DNA of 50,514 nucleotides from a virus (Duplodnaviria; Heunggongvirae; Uroviricota; Caudoviricetes): IMG/VR virus record IMGVR_UViG_2534681773_000022; one strand, 5' to 3'. Shown piece by piece: positions 45,907 to 50,514 of this stretch (position 1 is its first letter; each line of letters starts with the position of its first letter). The notes under the pieces were generated by a model. It saw only the letters and a program-made list of their open reading frames with translations, ran no database searches and was not told where the DNA came from. The position numbers and the translations under genes were made by a program.

Positions 45907-48882
45907 ATGACAGTAAAAATTTCTGGCGTGCTTAAAGATGGCACAGGAAAACCAGTACAGAACTGCACCATTGTGCTGAAGGCCAGACGAACCAGCAGCA
46001 CGGTGGTGGTGAACACGGTGGCCTCTGAAAATCCGGATGAAGCCGGACGTTACAGCATGGATGTTGAGCATGGTCAGTACAGCGTCACCCTGCTGGTTGA
46101 AGGTTTTCCGCCTTCACATGCCGGGACCATTACCGTCTATGAAGGTTCCAGACCAGGTACGCTGAATGATTTTCTCGGTGCCATGACGGAGGATGATGTC
46201 CGACCGGAGGCACTGCGCCGCTTTGAGCAGATGGTGGAAGAGGTGTCACGTAACGCCTCCGCGGTTGCACAGAATACGGCAGCCGCGAAAAAATCAGCCA
46301 GCGATGCCAGTGCATCAGCCAGCGAGGCGGCAACTCATGCAACCGATGCTGCAGCCTCAGCACGTGCCGCCAGCACGTCAGCCGGACAGGCCGCGTCGTC
46401 GGCTCAGTCAGCGTCTTCCAGCGCAGGAACGGCATCGACAAAGGCCCGTGAAGCAGCAAAAAGTGCTGCTGCTGCAGAGTCATCAAAAAGCGCGGCAGCT
46501 ACCAGCGCCAGTGCCGCGAAAACGTCAGAAACGAATGCCGCAGCGTCACAACAATCAGCAGCCACTTCTGCATCCACCGCGACCACGAAAGCGTCAGAAG
46601 CAGCCACTTCAGCACGGGATGCGTCGGCTTCAAAAGAGGCGGCAAAATCATCAGAAACGAACGCAGCCTCGAGCGCCAGCAGCGCAGCTTCCTCGGCAAC
46701 GGCGGCAGCAAATTCTGCGAAGGCGGCAAAAACGTCCGAGACGAACGCCAGGTCTTCTGAAACGGCAGCGGGACAGAGCGCCTCAGCTGCGGCAGACTCA
46801 AAAACAGCGGCTGCATTATCTGCCAGTGCCGCGTCAACAAGTGCCGGGCAGGCCTCAGCCAGTGCCACCGCCGCCGGAAAATCGGCAGAAAGTGCTGCAT
46901 CGTCTGCTTCAACAGCCACAACGAAGGCTGGCGAAGCCGCTGTACAGGCCAGCGCAGCAGCGAGGTCTGCTTCCGCAGCGAAGACATCCGAGACGAACGC
47001 GAAAGCGTCGGAAACCAGCGCAGAATCCTCAAAAACGGCTGCCGCATCGTCCGCCAGTTCGGCGGCGTCATCGGCATCATCTGCGTCTGCTTCAAAAGAT
47101 GAGGCGACCAGACAGGCGTCAGCAGCAAAGGGCAGCGCCACGACGGCATCCACGAAGGCGACAGAGGCAGCTGGCAGTGCGACGGCGGCAGCTCAGAGCA
47201 AAAGTACGGCGGAATCCGCGGCAACGCGCGCTGAGACAGCGGCAAAACGGGCAGAGGATATTGCATCCGCCGTGGCGCTTGAGGATGCGAGCACGACGAA
47301 AAAGGGGATAGTACAGCTCAGCAGTGCGACTAACAGCACTTCCGAGTCACTGGCGGCAACGCCAAAAGCCGTTAAGGCCGCGTATGAGCTGGCTAACGGG
47401 AAATACACCGCACAGGATGCAACGACAGCACAGAAAGGGATAGTTCAGCTTAGCAACGCGACCAACAGCACATCTGAAATGCTGGCGGCAACGCCAAAGT
47501 CGGTAAAGGCAGCCTATGACCTTGCTAACGGGAAATATACTGCTCAGGACGCTACGACAGCACAAAAAGGAATTGTCCAGCTCAGTAGTGCAACCAACAG
47601 CGCATCTGAAACGCTTGCCGCGACACCGAAAGCAGTGAAAGCAGCTAATGATAATGCGAATGGTCGGGTACCTTCTGCCCGTAAGGTGAATGGTAAGGCG
47701 CTTTCAGCGGATATAACACTGACGCCGAAAGATATTGGTACGCTTAACTCAACAACAATGTCATTCAGCGGTGGTGCTGGTTGGTTCAAATTAGCAACGG
47801 TAACCATGCCACAGGCGAGTTCTGTTGTTTCAATTACGTTGATTGGTGGTGCGGGATTTAACGTGGGGTCACCTCAACAGGCAGGTATATCTGAACTTGT
47901 TTTGCGTGCAGGTAATGGTAATCCGAAGGGGATTACTGGTGCTTTATGGCAGCGCACATCGACAGGGTTTACAAATTTTGCCTGGGTCAATACATCTGGT
48001 GATACTTACGATATTTACGTTGCAATCGGAAATTATGCGACTGGTGTAAATATTCAATGGGATTATACCAGTAATGCCAGCGTGACGATTCATACGTCAC
48101 CAGCATATTCTGCTAATAAGCCGGAAGGGTTAACGGACGGTACAGTTTATTCACTCTATACGCCATCAGAGCAGTTTTATCCGCCTGGCGCACCAATCCC
48201 GTGGCCATCAGATACCGTTCCGTCTGGCTATGCCCTGATGCAGGGGCAGACTTTTGACAAATCTGCATACCCGAAACTTGCAGCCGCTTATCCGTCAGGC
48301 GTGATCCCTGATATGCGTGGCTGGACGATTAAGGGCAAACCCGCCAGTGGTCGTGCCGTATTGTCTCAGGAACAGGACGGCATTAAATCGCACACCCACA
48401 GCGCCAGCGCATCCAGTACGGATTTGGGGACGAAAAACACATCGTCGTTTGATTACGGAACCAAATCCACGAATAACACCGGGGCGCATACGCACAGTCT
48501 GAGTGGCTCTACGGGGTCTGCCGGTGATCATACTCATGGTAATGGTATTCGTTGGCCAGGAGGCGGCGGTTCTGCGTTAGCATTTTATGATGGCGGTGGG
48601 TTCACTTATGTCCAGGATTCACAGTATCAAGTAAGCCCGGGGACTTCTTCCCGTAGATCGTATTATCAACGTATTCAGACACAGTCAGCAGGTGCTCATA
48701 CCCACTCGCTGTCTGGTACTGCAGCAAGTTCTGGCGCACATGCACATACTGTAGGTATTGGTGCGCATACGCACTCCGTTGCGATTGGTTCACATGGACA
48801 CACCATCACCGTTAACGCTGCTGGTAACGCGGAAAACACCGTCAAAAACATCGCATTTAACTATATTGTGAGGCTTGCATAA
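45907..48882 (+). CDS. stf: Side tail fibre protein (Stf-like), with long Ala/Ser-rich low-complexity region and repeated fibre motifs
   Basis: 991-aa ORF; about 340 aa of A/S/T-rich sequence, three ~43-aa repeats ([24 protein letters not shown]…), C-terminal GAHTHS repeats; followed by tfa. Confidence 0.85.
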   Translation: MTVKISGVLKDGTGKPVQNCTIVLKARRTSSTVVVNTVASENPDEAGRYSMDVEHGQYSVTLLVEGFPPSHAGTITVYEGSRPGTLNDFLGAMTEDDVRPEALRRFEQMVEEVSRNASAVAQNTAAAKKSASDASASASEAATHATDAAASARAASTSAGQAASSAQSASSSAGTASTKAREAAKSAAAAESSKSAAATSASAAKTSETNAAASQQSAATSASTATTKASEAATSARDASASKEAAKSSETNAASSASSAASSATAAANSAKAAKTSETNARSSETAAGQSASAAADSKTAAALSASAASTSAGQASASATAAGKSAESAASSASTATTKAGEAAVQASAAARSASAAKTSETNAKASETSAESSKTAAASSASSAASSASSASASKDEATRQASAAKGSATTASTKATEAAGSATAAAQSKSTAESAATRAETAAKRAEDIASAVALEDASTTKKGIVQLSSATNSTSESLAATPKAVKAAYELANGKYTAQDATTAQKGIVQLSNATNSTSEMLAATPKSVKAAYDLANGKYTAQDATTAQKGIVQLSSATNSASETLAATPKAVKAANDNANGRVPSARKVNGKALSADITLTPKDIGTLNSTTMSFSGGAGWFKLATVTMPQASSVVSITLIGGAGFNVGSPQQAGISELVLRAGNGNPKGITGALWQRTSTGFTNFAWVNTSGDTYDIYVAIGNYATGVNIQWDYTSNASVTIHTSPAYSANKPEGLTDGTVYSLYTPSEQFYPPGAPIPWPSDTVPSGYALMQGQTFDKSAYPKLAAAYPSGVIPDMRGWTIKGKPASGRAVLSQEQDGIKSHTHSASASSTDLGTKNTSSFDYGTKSTNNTGAHTHSLSGSTGSAGDHTHGNGIRWPGGGGSALAFYDGGGFTYVQDSQYQVSPGTSSRRSYYQRIQTQSAGAHTHSLSGTAASSGAHAHTVGIGAHTHSVAIGSHGHTITVNAAGNAENTVKNIAFNYIVRLA

Positions 48883-49465
48883 TGGCATTCAGAATGAGTG
48901 AACAAGCACGGACCATAAAAATTTATAATCTGCTGGCCGGAACTAATGAATTTATTGGTGAAGGTGACGCATATATTCCGCCTCATACAGGTCTGCCAGC
49001 AAACAGTACCGATATTGCACCACCAGATATTCCTGCTGGCTTTGTGGCTGTTTTCAACAGTGATGAGGCATCGTGGCATCTCGTTGAAGACCATCGGGGT
49101 AAAACGGTTTATGACGTAGCGTCAGGGGACGAGTTATTTATTTCTGAACTCGGTCCGTTACCGGAAAATGTTACCTGGTTATCGCCGGAAGGGGAGTTTC
49201 AGAAGTGGAACGGCACAGCCTGGGTGAAGGATACGGAAGCAGAAAAAATGTTCCGGATCCGGGAGGCGGAAGAAACAAAAACAACCTGATGCAGGTAGCC
49301 AGTGAGCATATTGCGCCGCTTCAGGATGCTGCAGATCTGGAAATTGCAACGGAGGAAGAAACCTCATTGCTGGAAGCCTGGAAAAAGTATCGGGTGTTGC
49401 TGAACCGTGTTGATACATCAACTGCACCTGATATTGAGTGGCCTACGAACCCTGTCAGGGAGTAA
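48882..49465 (+). pseudogene. tfa: Tail fibre assembly protein Tfa, interrupted by a 1-nt frameshift in an A-tract near 49275-49285
   Basis: The 135-aa N-terminal ORF matches lambda Tfa up to …REAEETK, then stops; the Tfa C-terminus ([21 protein letters not shown]…) continues in the +1 frame to 49465. Confidence 0.6.
49304..49465. repeat. Direct repeat copy 1 (tfa 3' coding region), about 88% identical to 50352-50514
   Basis: Both copies end with the same …DIEWP.NPVRE* coding sequence and bracket the minus-strand methyltransferase gene. Confidence 0.7.
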
Positions 49466-49519
49466 TCATTGGGATTATGCCGCAGCACGTCTTAAGCAAG
49501 AACGTGCTGCGGTTGGATG

Positions 49520-50176
49520 CTATTTTTTCCCTGAAGCGGAAAACATTACTACAGTACCTTGAACCTTGGTTTTAACATTCTCGAAATGCTCTGAGAGTAT
49601 ATGTGTTAAGCCTTCTTCGGAATCTTTTGTGTTTGAAAAGATGCCTTTCTGATTGTAAATGCGCATCAGTTTTTGACCGAAGCTATTGTGCACAACTCCA
49701 TCGCCAAGAATTGTGGCTCCGTATAGAGTTCCATCGTCAGTTAAGGCCTGCGCCGCATTGCGTATTACACAGCTTTTTGTAGATATATTTCCAGGCAGGC
49801 AGTGAAGAAGGTAAAACATGGAAATGGAATCAAATTGACCATGTAACGCCGCGGGATAAGGTTCAAAAACATCATGGCTAATTTTATGTTTAATTTTTGA
49901 TTCCCCAGCCCTTGTAGATGCCGCGTTCAGGCTAGCTTCGTTCAAATCCATTAAAGATATCAGACTACTCTCAGGTACGTGAGTAAGGTAAAACCCAGTT
50001 CCAACACCAATATCCAGATGGTTGTTACCTACATGTTCCAGAAAGTGTGGAAGAAGGTGTTCCTTTGTAGGACATCCCCATGCAAGCCGATTTGATACTC
50101 CCAAAACCCACCAGTCATAAAGCTTTAGGGTAAGTGGTGTGTAAATTTTAGCCCCATCATCTGTGTTTTTTTTCAT
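49520..50176 (-). CDS. Class I SAM-dependent methyltransferase (cargo inside the duplicated tfa region)
   Basis: 218-aa ORF with AdoMet-binding motif LDIGVGTGFY; on the strand opposite the tail genes. Confidence 0.6.
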   Translation of the reverse strand: MKKNTDDGAKIYTPLTLKLYDWWVLGVSNRLAWGCPTKEHLLPHFLEHVGNNHLDIGVGTGFYLTHVPESSLISLMDLNEASLNAASTRAGESKIKHKISHDVFEPYPAALHGQFDSISMFYLLHCLPGNISTKSCVIRNAAQALTDDGTLYGATILGDGVVHNSFGQKLMRIYNQKGIFSNTKDSEEGLTHILSEHFENVKTKVQGTVVMFSASGKK

Positions 50177-50244
50177 TGATTTCACCATGTTATAGTTTTA
50201 TTTGTGAATTGAATCAATTATGGCGATGAATTACAAGGGGTTAA

Positions 50245-50514
50245 ATGCTGCCGCAGCATAGCGATATTGAAATAGCCTGGTATGCTTCGATACAGCAGGA
50301 GCCGAATGGCTGGAAGACCGTCACCACACAGTTCTACATCCAGGAATTCAGTGAGTATATTGCGCCACTGCAGGATGCTGTAGATCTGGAAATCGCAACG
50401 GAGGAAGAAAGATCGTTGCTGGAGGCATGGAATAAATATCGGGTATTGTTGAATCGTGTTGATACATCAACTGTACCTGATATTGAGTGGCCTGCAAATC
50501 CTGTCAGGGAGTAA
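50245..50514 (+). CDS. Tfa C-terminal-domain protein (second, diverged copy; possibly a remnant)
   Basis: 89-aa ORF whose last ~55 aa closely match the Tfa C-terminus at 49290-49465. Confidence 0.45.
   Translation: MLPQHSDIEIAWYASIQQEPNGWKTVTTQFYIQEFSEYIAPLQDAVDLEIATEEERSLLEAWNKYRVLLNRVDTSTVPDIEWPANPVRE
50352..50514. repeat. Direct repeat copy 2 (tfa 3' coding region)
   Basis: See copy 1. Confidence 0.7.

Noticed and set aside
46193-47311. Long alternative-frame ORFs (372-aa Arg/Gln-rich on plus; 249-aa and 255-aa on minus) inside stf
   Set aside because: They arise from the GC-rich, repetitive Ala/Ser codons of the tail fibre gene; the stf frame is continuous and matches known tail fibres, and these frames translate to low-complexity sequence.
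1-50514. CRISPR arrays, insertion sequences or transposase genes
   Set aside because: No regularly spaced short direct repeats with unique spacers and no transposase-like ORFs or terminal inverted repeats were seen; the repeats found are tandem structured elements, iterons and gene-junction repeats.

Overview
The window is a near-complete lambda-like (lambdoid) prophage of an enterobacterium, read from the integrase end to the tail-fibre cargo region. Order: int-xis, a DEDDh exonuclease and small early-left genes, a CI-like repressor flanked by pL/OL and pR/OR, a Cro-like YdaS/YdaT pair, an O-like replication initiator with an internal iteron array, a nin-like block of small genes with a hok/mok toxin locus and an XRE + ImmA-like peptidase pair, DUF968, RusA, antiterminator Q, a PR'-like promoter and tR', a phage N6-adenine methyltransferase, tRNA genes, NanS-p esterase, the S-R-Rz/Rz1 lysis cassette, cos, and a lambda-type head and tail module (Nu1, A, W, B, C, D, E, FI, FII, Z, U, V, G/G-T, H, M, L, K, I, J, lom, stf, tfa). 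The late region matches the Shiga-toxin-phage layout (Q, methylase, tRNAs, [toxin slot], nanS-p, lysis) but carries no stx genes; the slot holds two tandem copies of a structured, terminator-capped non-coding element and an AT-rich orphan ORF. The strongest candidate for an undescribed system is a low-GC, convergent two-gene cargo between Rz and cos (a 206-aa protein with a PD-(D/E)xK-like nuclease motif and a 355-aa partner). Other cargo includes a lipoprotein gene between I and J and a SAM-methyltransferase bracketed by duplicated tfa 3' ends. All calls rest on reading the sequence and the ORF translations against remembered protein families; no database search was run.
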